A DNA stretch of 64,000 bases from Clostridia bacterium. GTDB taxonomy: Bacteria > Bacillota > Clostridia > Oscillospirales > QAKW01. Where the stretch lies: assembly GCA_017440465.1 (NCBI GenBank), contig JAFSHF010000031.1:6064-70063 (forward strand). Reading direction: 5' to 3'. The position numbers and the translations under genes were made by a program. A model generated the notes under the pieces. It was not told the DNA's origin. It searched no databases and saw nothing but the letters and a program-made list of their open reading frames with translations. Shown piece after piece: positions 10,812-19,071 of the stretch (position 1 is the stretch's first letter; the number at the start of each line of letters is the position of its first letter).

Positions 10812-13800
10812 ATGAAACGAATCATTTCTGCCGTTTTAATTTTGATAATGCTCATCCCCCCGATGGTCCTGCCCGCCGAGGCGGCGACCTTGGTGCAAGC
10901 CGATTCAGCGGTGCGTATTACCGCCGATAAGGCGGTGGCAGCGGTCGGAGAGACAGTGACCGTAACCGTAGCGTTTGAGAATATCCCTGCCTGCGGTGCG
11001 GTGGATTTTAATCTGGTCTATGATACGGAATATCTGCAGGCACCGGCGAAAAGTGATGTCTCGATGAATATTGGGGGGACGGTAAAAGATCGAAATCCCG
11101 CCTATAGTATCGACGAAAAGACGTCCGAAGAATATGCGGGGCGGCAAGCGGTGAAGGTGGTTGCCGCGGGTGATTCCAATTGCCTGAAGGGAAGCAGCGG
11201 AACGCTTTTCACAGTCAAATTCGTTGTGGCGAATGAAGCCCCGGCTCCGGGGATCCCTCTTGCGTTTTTCGGGACCTTTAGCGATCTCTACAGTAATCGG
11301 GATCTGCGTAATACCATCCAAGTGTTCAATACCCATATTGCCACCGCCGATCCGACCAAAGAGGTAACCGCGGTTGCTCTGAAGCAAGCGCCGACCAAGA
11401 CCGAATATGTGCAGGGGCAGGCGTTGAATTTGGAGGGCGGCCGCCTTTTGGTCAACTATGACGATAGTTCCTCTCAAGAGGTGTATCTATCCTTGGCGCA
11501 GATCACCCAATATGATTTTACCAAGCTTGGAACCCAGACCGTCAAGGCAGAGTATGCAGGCAAAGAGGTCTCTTTCGAGATCCAAACCGAAGCGTCCGTG
11601 CTCTCTTCCATCTCGGTCGGCCAGGTGCCGGCGACGGTCGAATATATCCAAGGAAAAACAGCTCAATTGGATCGTTCCGAAGGCGTCCTGCTGCTCCATT
11701 ATACCGGCGGCATTGTTAAGACCTTGGAGATGTCCGATGCGGAGGTCACCCTCTCCGGCTATGATAAGGATCAGTTGGGTGTTCAGAAGATCAAGGTGCA
11801 GTACGGCGGCTTTGAAACCGAATATAAGATTGCGGTAGTGAAAAAAGCCATCAGCGATATCGACGTCCGCACCCCGATGGTCTGCGATGCCTGCGGGAGC
11901 GAGTGGAGTGCTTTTGATTTAATTCAGGCGGCAGACGCAAGTGCCGATCCCTACTCGATGGACTTCAATGAGCGGCTGACTTATATCAAAAATACCGCCA
12001 ATAACGTCACCTGCCCTTCCGACACCTGCGCAGGCGCGACCTTTTCCACCAAAATGAAGATGGTCTATTTTGTCGGCGAAGACTTCGATGTGGGAAACGC
12101 CAAACTGTTTGTCACCTATTCCGGCGGTACCACCGAAGAGATCGATATGACCTTGGATATGGTGGAGTTCAAGAACACCTTTGCCACCACTCAAAACGTG
12201 GAGGTGGCGTATGGAGCGCAATGGATGTTGATCAAAAACGTCCAAACCAGAAAAAAAGAAGCCACCGCCATCACCGTCACCCGGAAGCCCAAGACCGAAT
12301 ATGTGAAAGGGCAGTCCTTCGACCGCACCGGCGGAATCATCCATGTGGAATATAATGACGGCTCGGAGGAAGACCTCCCGATGGAGCATGAGGATGTCCG
12401 AGTCCATTATAGTGGGATGGATGAGCTGGGCGAACATAGAGTCACCGTTTTTTATGAAAGCCAACAAGCCTACTTTTATATCAAAGTCATTGCGCGGGTG
12501 GTGAAATCCATCGCCGTTGATCCGGAAGCAACTTCGACCTATGTCCGAGGGCGGGAGCCGGACCCCGACACCAAATTGCTGGTAACCTATAACGACGATG
12601 AAACAGAGACCGCTTATCTTAGAAACGCAACCGTCGAAGGCTATAATTCCGAGCAGATCGGGCTGCAGGTGCTGACCATCACCTACGGCGGTGTGAATTG
12701 TAATTGGCCGGTCACGGTGGAAGAAAAAGTGGTGACCGCGCTGGAAGTGGTGGGTACTCTGCCTACCACCGTTTTGGAAGAAACAGAACTGAATTTAGAG
12801 GGTTGCACCCTCACCGCCACCTATAACGAAGGGAAGTTGGTGGAAGAAAATATCGCCATCACCCCCGATAGGATCAAGAACTTTGATAAAAGTCAGTGCG
12901 GTTTGCAGACCGTCACCATTGAGTTTGGAGAGGGGACCGTCACCTTTGAGATCACCGTCCTTGAAAAATCGCTGACTTCCATTGAGGTGGAGGGCGTCAA
13001 GGAGCAATATCTGCTGATGGATGCGTTGGACCGCTCGGTCGGCAAGATCAAGTTGATCTATAATAACGGTACCGTTGATTATATCGACTTCAGCGATGAA
13101 AACATTTCGGTGGAAGGCTTCCAAAGCGATGTCGCCGGAGAGCAATTGGTAACGGTGGAATATCAAGGGTTTACCGATACGTATCCGGTAACGGTCTACA
13201 TCGAGATCTTGAGCATCTCTGTTACCCCGCCCAAGAAAACCGCCTATATAGAAGGCGAACCGCTGGATCTGACCGAAGGGTTTCTTCATATCACCCAACC
13301 GAACGGAACGATCAATATACCCCTCTCCGAGGGGATGGTTTCGGGGTATGAAGCCGATCGTATCGGCGAGCAGACCCTCACCATCGAAGTGGGCGAGCAT
13401 ACCGCCGACTTCAAGGTTACAGTCAGAGAGAAGCAATTAACGGGCATTACCGTCAGCCCCGAAACCATCGATCATAACGAATGGGAAGAATTGGACTTCT
13501 CCCAAGTCGTCGTAACGGCGTGGTACGATAATAATACATCCAAGACGGTAACAGAAGAAGCAAGTAAAGCCGCGTACGATACTTATGTTATCTACACATA
13601 TGAGGGAAAAACCGCGACATTAAATGTAAATGTCATCAAACGAGCACCTATTTTCATCGAATGGGCAGAAGAACCTCAAAAGAGAACCTATTTTGCGGGC
13701 GAACCGTTGCTCAAAGACGGAACGATTCGGGTGCATTATAACGATCAGTCGAATGAGCAGCTCCCTTTGACCGATGAAAATGTATCGATCATCGGAGATA

Positions 13801-15140
13801 CCAATGTGGAAGGAGCGGAAACGGTCTATGTGAAATATAACGATTTAAGCCCCATTAGCTTTGAGATCACCGTCGTTCCGGTGGTGGTTGAGAAGATCGA
13901 GATTACTACCGAACCTGAGCGTAGCTATATTGAAGGGCAGCCTTTGAATGTGGCAGGCGGGATGATCCTCATCACCTATAATAATGAGGATACCGAGCCG
14001 CTGGCGATGGATGCCGCGGGGGTCACCCTTTCGGGCTATGATCCCAATAAGATCGGGGAGCAGACCGTCACCGTTACCTACGGCGGAAAAACCGCTACCT
14101 TTACCGTCAACGTTCGCGCCAGAAAGGCAGTAAGCATCCGTATATCGACTCGACCCAAGACGGAGTACTTAGAGGGCAAGGATACTGCGCTGAATTTAGC
14201 GGGCGGAAAACTGACCGTGTATTATGATAATAATACTTCGGCAACCATCAATCTTACTGACTCGCAGGTTACAGTAAGTGGTTTTAAAGCGACGCAGATC
14301 GGGGATCAAACGATCACAGTAAGCTACCCCGGCGTTTCATCTGCGACCTTTACTATTACGATGAATAAAAAAGCGGTGGAATCCATCGCCATCGCCGCGA
14401 TGCCGACCAAGATGATGTATCGGCAGGGCGTCGAAAAATTTGATCCCGCCGGCGGGTTGATTACGGTTTTTTATAATAACGATACCAAAGAGACCGTCCA
14501 TCTTTCCAAAGCAACCGTCAGCGGATTTTCCAATCTCTTTGCAGGGGATGTCACCGTCACCGCAGTCTATCAAGGCTCTGCGGTGGAGTTTAAGGTGCTG
14601 ATCCTTGCGGAAAATCCCTTTAAAGACGTCAAGGCGAACGAATATTATGAGACGCCGGTTCTTTGGGCGGTGACCAAGGAGATCACCAAAGGAACGGCAG
14701 AGGATACCTTCAGCCCCAACGATGAATGTACCCGCGGCCAGATCGTCACTTTCCTCTGGCGTGCCGCCGGGGAGCCCGCGACCGAAACCGCCAAAAATCC
14801 GTTTAAGGATGTCAAAAAAGGCGAATATCATTATAATGCCGTTCTTTGGGCGGTGGAAAACGGCATCACCAACGGGATGGATGCCACCCACTTTGCTCCC
14901 GATGCCTCTTGTACCCGCGGGCAGGTCGTCACCTTCCTTTGGCGGGCGGCAGGAGAGCCTGCGCCCGAAACCGCCAAAAATCCGTTTAAGGATATCAAAA
15001 AGAGCGAATATTATTATAACGCCGTTCTTTGGACGGTGGAAAACGGCATCACCAACGGAATGACCGACACGACCTTTGCGCCGAATTCAACCTGTACGCG
15101 CGGACATATAGTCACCTTCCTCTACCGCACCTATGACTAA
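10812..15140 (+). CDS. Giant surface protein: N-terminal cohesin-like domain, about 13 bacterial Ig-like repeats, three C-terminal SLH-like repeats
   Basis: Signal peptide MKRIISAVLIL; cohesin-like GETVTVTVAFENIPACGAVDFNLVYD; ~80-aa repeats (KTEYxxGxxLxLxGGxLxVxY..GxQxVTVxY); three near-identical NPFKDVK..WAVENGITNG..CTRGQVVTFLWRAAGEP units. Confidence 0.85.
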   Translation: MKRIISAVLILIMLIPPMVLPAEAATLVQADSAVRITADKAVAAVGETVTVTVAFENIPACGAVDFNLVYDTEYLQAPAKSDVSMNIGGTVKDRNPAYSIDEKTSEEYAGRQAVKVVAAGDSNCLKGSSGTLFTVKFVVANEAPAPGIPLAFFGTFSDLYSNRDLRNTIQVFNTHIATADPTKEVTAVALKQAPTKTEYVQGQALNLEGGRLLVNYDDSSSQEVYLSLAQITQYDFTKLGTQTVKAEYAGKEVSFEIQTEASVLSSISVGQVPATVEYIQGKTAQLDRSEGVLLLHYTGGIVKTLEMSDAEVTLSGYDKDQLGVQKIKVQYGGFETEYKIAVVKKAISDIDVRTPMVCDACGSEWSAFDLIQAADASADPYSMDFNERLTYIKNTANNVTCPSDTCAGATFSTKMKMVYFVGEDFDVGNAKLFVTYSGGTTEEIDMTLDMVEFKNTFATTQNVEVAYGAQWMLIKNVQTRKKEATAITVTRKPKTEYVKGQSFDRTGGIIHVEYNDGSEEDLPMEHEDVRVHYSGMDELGEHRVTVFYESQQAYFYIKVIARVVKSIAVDPEATSTYVRGREPDPDTKLLVTYNDDETETAYLRNATVEGYNSEQIGLQVLTITYGGVNCNWPVTVEEKVVTALEVVGTLPTTVLEETELNLEGCTLTATYNEGKLVEENIAITPDRIKNFDKSQCGLQTVTIEFGEGTVTFEITVLEKSLTSIEVEGVKEQYLLMDALDRSVGKIKLIYNNGTVDYIDFSDENISVEGFQSDVAGEQLVTVEYQGFTDTYPVTVYIEILSISVTPPKKTAYIEGEPLDLTEGFLHITQPNGTINIPLSEGMVSGYEADRIGEQTLTIEVGEHTADFKVTVREKQLTGITVSPETIDHNEWEELDFSQVVVTAWYDNNTSKTVTEEASKAAYDTYVIYTYEGKTATLNVNVIKRAPIFIEWAEEPQKRTYFAGEPLLKDGTIRVHYNDQSNEQLPLTDENVSIIGDTNVEGAETVYVKYNDLSPISFEITVVPVVVEKIEITTEPERSYIEGQPLNVAGGMILITYNNEDTEPLAMDAAGVTLSGYDPNKIGEQTVTVTYGGKTATFTVNVRARKAVSIRISTRPKTEYLEGKDTALNLAGGKLTVYYDNNTSATINLTDSQVTVSGFKATQIGDQTITVSYPGVSSATFTITMNKKAVESIAIAAMPTKMMYRQGVEKFDPAGGLITVFYNNDTKETVHLSKATVSGFSNLFAGDVTVTAVYQGSAVEFKVLILAENPFKDVKANEYYETPVLWAVTKEITKGTAEDTFSPNDECTRGQIVTFLWRAAGEPATETAKNPFKDVKKGEYHYNAVLWAVENGITNGMDATHFAPDASCTRGQVVTFLWRAAGEPAPETAKNPFKDIKKSEYYYNAVLWTVENGITNGMTDTTFAPNSTCTRGHIVTFLYRTYD

Positions 15141-15301
15141 ACCGTTGAAATGGGCGCATCTTCCGATTTTTTGCCCCTCGGCATATCATTATATAGCCGA
15201 GGGATCAAAGAAATCGAAACCTGCATCCCATTTGAACGGTTTCGACCGAGAGCAAAAATGAAATAAAAAATCGACCTTGAATTTCAAGGTCGATTCTTTT
15301 T
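15141..15301 (+). repeat. Module X copy 1: conserved leader, two hairpins and a terminator (candidate small RNA / 3'UTR element)
   Basis: Starts at the stop codon of the 10812 gene. Hairpin 1 is 15175-15203 (CCCTCGGC/GCCGAGGG, loop ATATCATTATATA). Hairpin 2 is 15214-15245. Terminator is 15271-15301. Confidence 0.6.
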
Positions 15302-16262
15302 GTAGGGAACAGGTTTTCCATCCCGCTATGATCCGTACCAAATGAATTGGTACGAAACAATCCAAACGATTTGGGTGTACCAAATGAATTGGTACGGAAG
15401 CATACAAATGATTTGTATATGCACAATTGAATTGTGGATCGAAACACAAATGATTTGGGGTACCAAATGATTTGTTAGGCACAGATATTTAATTAATTTG
15501 TAGGGGACGATTGTCTTCATCGTTCCGCTTTTGCCGTACCAAATGAATTGGTACGAAAGCATACAAATGATTTGTATGTGCACAATTGAATTGTGGATCG
15601 AAACACAAATGATTTGGGGTACCAAATGATTTGTTAGGCACAGATATTTAATTAATTTGTAGGGGAAGATTGTCTTCATCGTCCCGCTTTTGTCGTACCA
15701 AATGAATTGGTACGAAACAATCCAAACGATTTGGGTGTACCATATGAATTGGTACGAAAGCATACAAATGATTTGTATGTGCACAATTGAATTGTGCACG
15801 ATCCCTTTGCAACATCAAAAAATTCATCGCAAGCCGTTGTTTGCTCGATATTTTTTGTGTTGCGGCAGCTGCTAACCTGCTCCCTTCATCGTCCCGTTTG
15901 CAACATCAAAATATTCATCGCGCGGTGCGCTCGATATCTTTTGTGTTGCGGCACCTGCTAACCTGCTCCCTTCATCGTCCCGTTTGCAACATCAAAATAT
16001 TCATCGCGCGGTGCGCTCGATATCTTTTGTGTTGCGGCACCTGCTAACCTGCTCCCTTCATCTGCCACTGGCAGCGGTCGCAGTCGCAACCACAGGCAGC
16101 GGTCACAGTCGCAACCAAATGAATTGGCACGAAAAACACAAAAGATTTGTGTTTCATACCCCAAATGAATTGGGGGTACCAAATGATTTGGTAGGTGACC
16201 GCCCAAACGAATTGTGGACAAAAAAAAGAAGTGTGCATCGAAACACAAATGATTTGGGGGTT
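15302..16262. repeat. CAAWTGAWTTG palindrome mosaic, locus 1 (about 23 cores, in 159-198 bp higher-order units opened by GTAG hairpins)
   Basis: Examples: GTACCAAATGAATTGGTAC at 15335-53, 15377-95 and 15536-54; also CATACAAATGATTTGTATG, GCACAATTGAATTGTGC and CCCCAAATGAATTGGGG. GTAG hairpins at 15302, 15500 and 15659. Confidence 0.85.
15806..16062. repeat. Tandem repeat, 3 units of 91/86/~80 bp, embedded in locus 1
   Basis: Units start at 15806, 15897 and 15983. Units 2 and 3 are identical where both are present. Each unit can form a long hairpin GCAACATCAAAA...TTTTGTGTTGC. Confidence 0.85.
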
Positions 16263-16338
16263 AGTGACATTTTTCGCCATTGCTTTTTGGCAAAAGATTT
16301 GATATGATTATAGTATCAAGAGAAAGGAATTTTAGAGA

Positions 16339-17397
16339 ATGAAACGAATCATTTCTTGTTTACTGATTTTTGTAATGCTGATGGCCGCCATTCCCGCATC
16401 GGCGGCAGCGGATAAAACCGCGCGTTTGGTGCTGGATGCGCCGTATGGTGTGGTCGGTCAGGAGTTGGAAGTCCAAGTCCGTGTGGAAAACCTTGTCGAA
16501 TGTGCCGGGTTCACTATCGTTTTAGAATACGATCAGAACGTTTTGAAACCCTTAGATTTTAAAGAAGAGAAGCTCGGTGGATTGATGGCCTCCGAAGAAA
16601 AGGGAAAAGGAGTCTATGCATTAATATGGATAGGGTTTGATGATACCAAAAACGATATCGTAACGATTAAAGGCGATGTTGCTATCGGAACGTTTAAATT
16701 CAAAGTGCCTTCCATGCCTAAAAATGGAATGATTGCGATAGATATTAGAGAAGAAGATACAATGTTTGCCGATAATTCTCAAGAAACCGAAGAAATCGAT
16801 TATTCATTTGATCCTGTGTTCATTCCTATGTATAAAAACCATCCCTTTACCGATGTCACGGCTGATTGGTATAAGGAAGCGGTATTGTTTGCATACAATA
16901 ATAATTTGATGAACGGTATGGGCGAGAATAAGTTCAAGCCCGATGACGCCACCACCCGTGCGATGTTGACGACCATTCTTTACCGCTATGAGGGGGAACC
17001 CGATGTTTCGGCAAAAGCCCCCTTTACCGATCTGGAGCAGAATTGGTATAAAACCCCCATCAACTGGGCATACGAAAAAGGCGTTGTCAAGGGTATGACC
17101 AACACGACCTTCGCGCCGGAGGAAAAGGTTACCCGCGAGCAGATCGCGGTGATGATGTATCGTTATGCCGAGGGCAAGAAGCAGGATGTTTCTCAAAGAA
17201 AGAAGATCTCTTCTTTTTCCGATGCCAAAAAGGTTAGCTCTTGGGCAAAAGAAGCGATGGAGTGGGCGTATGCCGAGGGCTTAATCACCGGCAACTCCAT
17301 CAACGGCAAGGTACTGCTGGATCCTCAGGGCAACGCTACCCGCGCTCAGATCGCCACCATTCTGATGCGGTACATTAAGAACGCGGCCGAACAATAA
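16339..17397 (+). CDS. Cohesin-domain protein with three SLH repeats
   Basis: Signal peptide MKRIISCLLIF (first 18 nt identical to the 10812 gene); cohesin-like GQELEVQVRVENLVECAGFTIVLEYD; SLH repeats. Confidence 0.85.
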   Translation: MKRIISCLLIFVMLMAAIPASAAADKTARLVLDAPYGVVGQELEVQVRVENLVECAGFTIVLEYDQNVLKPLDFKEEKLGGLMASEEKGKGVYALIWIGFDDTKNDIVTIKGDVAIGTFKFKVPSMPKNGMIAIDIREEDTMFADNSQETEEIDYSFDPVFIPMYKNHPFTDVTADWYKEAVLFAYNNNLMNGMGENKFKPDDATTRAMLTTILYRYEGEPDVSAKAPFTDLEQNWYKTPINWAYEKGVVKGMTNTTFAPEEKVTREQIAVMMYRYAEGKKQDVSQRKKISSFSDAKKVSSWAKEAMEWAYAEGLITGNSINGKVLLDPQGNATRAQIATILMRYIKNAAEQ

Positions 17398-17398
17398 G

Positions 17399-18472
17399 AT
17401 GAAAAAAGTTTTCTCATTTATTTTAATTTTGACACTGCTTTTGGGCGGATGCGCCGAGCCGACACCGCCCGCACCGATCTATGAAGAAGCCCCCGCGGCG
17501 ACCGAAAAGGGCATCACCGTTGCGGGGTCGCCCCTTTCGGGTGTCTACAGCGACGGTGTGACCGAATATCTCCGCCTGCAGGAGTTTGCCGAGGCGCTGG
17601 GCGGTTCGGTGGAGATCACTCCGCAGGAGCAGACCTTTACCGCCACCTTGACCTTGGGGGATGCGACCCATTCCTTTGCCGAGGGTAAACGCTACGACGG
17701 CGAACAATGGTATCAACCCAAGGAAACTTTGATGCCGTTGCTGGAGGGCTATCATTCCTTTGAAGATACGGAAAAGAAGCACACCTACTATACCGCCTAT
17801 CCGATGGCAGACAATGTGGCGGAGGGGATCGATGTTCCGATTTTGATGTACCACGCGGTGAGCGATAACTGCTGGGGCATCCGGCAACTCTTTGTTTCCC
17901 CCAAATCGTTGGAGGAGCAGTTGCAGTATCTGCAGGAGAACGGCTATACCACCGTCACCTTTGAAGATTTTGATCGCCTTGGGGAGATCGAAAAGCCGGT
18001 GATGCTGACCTTCGATGATGGGTATAGCGATAACTATACCGAGCTGTTTCCGATCTTGCAAAAATATAATGCCAAAGCGACCATTTTTCTAATTTACAAT
18101 AAGCTGGACGAGTTGCCCTATTATCTCACTCGCGAGCAGGTGAAAGAGATGAACGCATCGGGGCTGGTCTCTTTCCAGAGCCATACCATGAGCCATCCCA
18201 ATTTAGATACTCTCAATGAGGAGCAGTTGCAGTACGAGCTGGGTCAATCCAAGCTGGAGCTGACGCGGCTGTTGGGCAAGGAAGTGTTTGCCGTCGCTTA
18301 TCCTTCGGGCAAATGGAGCGAGCAATCGCTGCAGGTGACGCAGGCGCACTATCAATTCGGTCTGCTCTCCCGCGGCGGCACCTATGAGAGCGGCGACCAC
18401 CCCGCCAAAGTCTCCCGCTACTATGTCCGCCGATCCACCACATTAAATGAATTTATCGATATGATCGATTAA
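17399..18472 (+). CDS. Lipoprotein with polysaccharide deacetylase (NodB-homology) domain
   Basis: Lipobox LLGGC; ILMYHAV and TFDDGYSDNY motifs. Confidence 0.85.
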   Translation: MKKVFSFILILTLLLGGCAEPTPPAPIYEEAPAATEKGITVAGSPLSGVYSDGVTEYLRLQEFAEALGGSVEITPQEQTFTATLTLGDATHSFAEGKRYDGEQWYQPKETLMPLLEGYHSFEDTEKKHTYYTAYPMADNVAEGIDVPILMYHAVSDNCWGIRQLFVSPKSLEEQLQYLQENGYTTVTFEDFDRLGEIEKPVMLTFDDGYSDNYTELFPILQKYNAKATIFLIYNKLDELPYYLTREQVKEMNASGLVSFQSHTMSHPNLDTLNEEQLQYELGQSKLELTRLLGKEVFAVAYPSGKWSEQSLQVTQAHYQFGLLSRGGTYESGDHPAKVSRYYVRRSTTLNEFIDMID

Positions 18473-18514
18473 CTCGTTATAAATCCTTTGGGAATTTATA
18501 TCATATTAAAAAAA

Positions 18515-18547
18515 ATCTCTCAACCTTACGGTTGAGAGATTTTAATT
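18515..18547. terminator. Bidirectional terminator between the deacetylase and DUF4234 genes
   Basis: ATCTCTCAACC/GGTTGAGAGAT stem flanked by an A-run and a T-run. Confidence 0.8.
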
Positions 18548-18562
18548 TTGATTGATTTTGAA

Positions 18563-18988
18563 TTAACCGTTTACATTGTAGTGGGCGTTCATTTGGTTGA
18601 CAGCCTTAAACAGCTTGTGCATATAAATGAACGGACCGACAACGATCAGGGCGCCCAATACATTCCAAAGCCAATAATCCGAAGCGCTGAAATTATAAGC
18701 AATGCCGCGTCTTTTCAGCTCTGCGCCGATACGGTTGGAGATTTTGTGGGACCAAACGATGCCTGCAATACCCATGGTAATGGGCGCGATGAGGAAGGTC
18801 AGCAAGCAATAGTGCATAGTTTTCTTGCCGTCGTATCTCGAAGCAACGATATTAATATCGTTCGAAACGGCAGACATAACAACCAAACCATAGATGCCGC
18901 AGGTGATGATCGAGAGCAGGATGGTTTTGAGCAAGCCTTTGTTTGTTTTGAGTTGACCAACGGGGGCAGTTACTACTGTGTTTTCCAT
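18563..18988 (-). CDS. DUF4234-like small membrane protein
   Basis: TM segments and CGIYG motif; start moved to the ATG at 18988, which has SD AAAGGAGA (track ORF begins at an upstream TTG). Confidence 0.6.
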   Translation of the reverse strand: MENTVVTAPVGQLKTNKGLLKTILLSIITCGIYGLVVMSAVSNDINIVASRYDGKKTMHYCLLTFLIAPITMGIAGIVWSHKISNRIGAELKRRGIAYNFSASDYWLWNVLGALIVVGPFIYMHKLFKAVNQMNAHYNVNG

Positions 18989-19071
18989 AAAATTCTCCTT
19001 TCTTTCGGTTAGCAATTATGAACAATTTGTGAACTAACCTAATTTCAGTATACATTAATGAGGGGCTTGTG

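Noticed and set aside
15326-15799. 157-aa ORF (and several 60-110-aa ORFs) running through the palindrome mosaic
   Set aside because: The translation is just the repeat read as protein (QFIWY.. reiterated). There is no RBS and no conservation of frame between the three loci.
15302-16262. Possibility that the repeat arrays are CRISPR arrays
   Set aside because: The constant parts are only 7-11 nt, spacing is irregular (7-30 nt), and the variable parts are self-complementary rather than unique spacers. No cas genes are present in the window.
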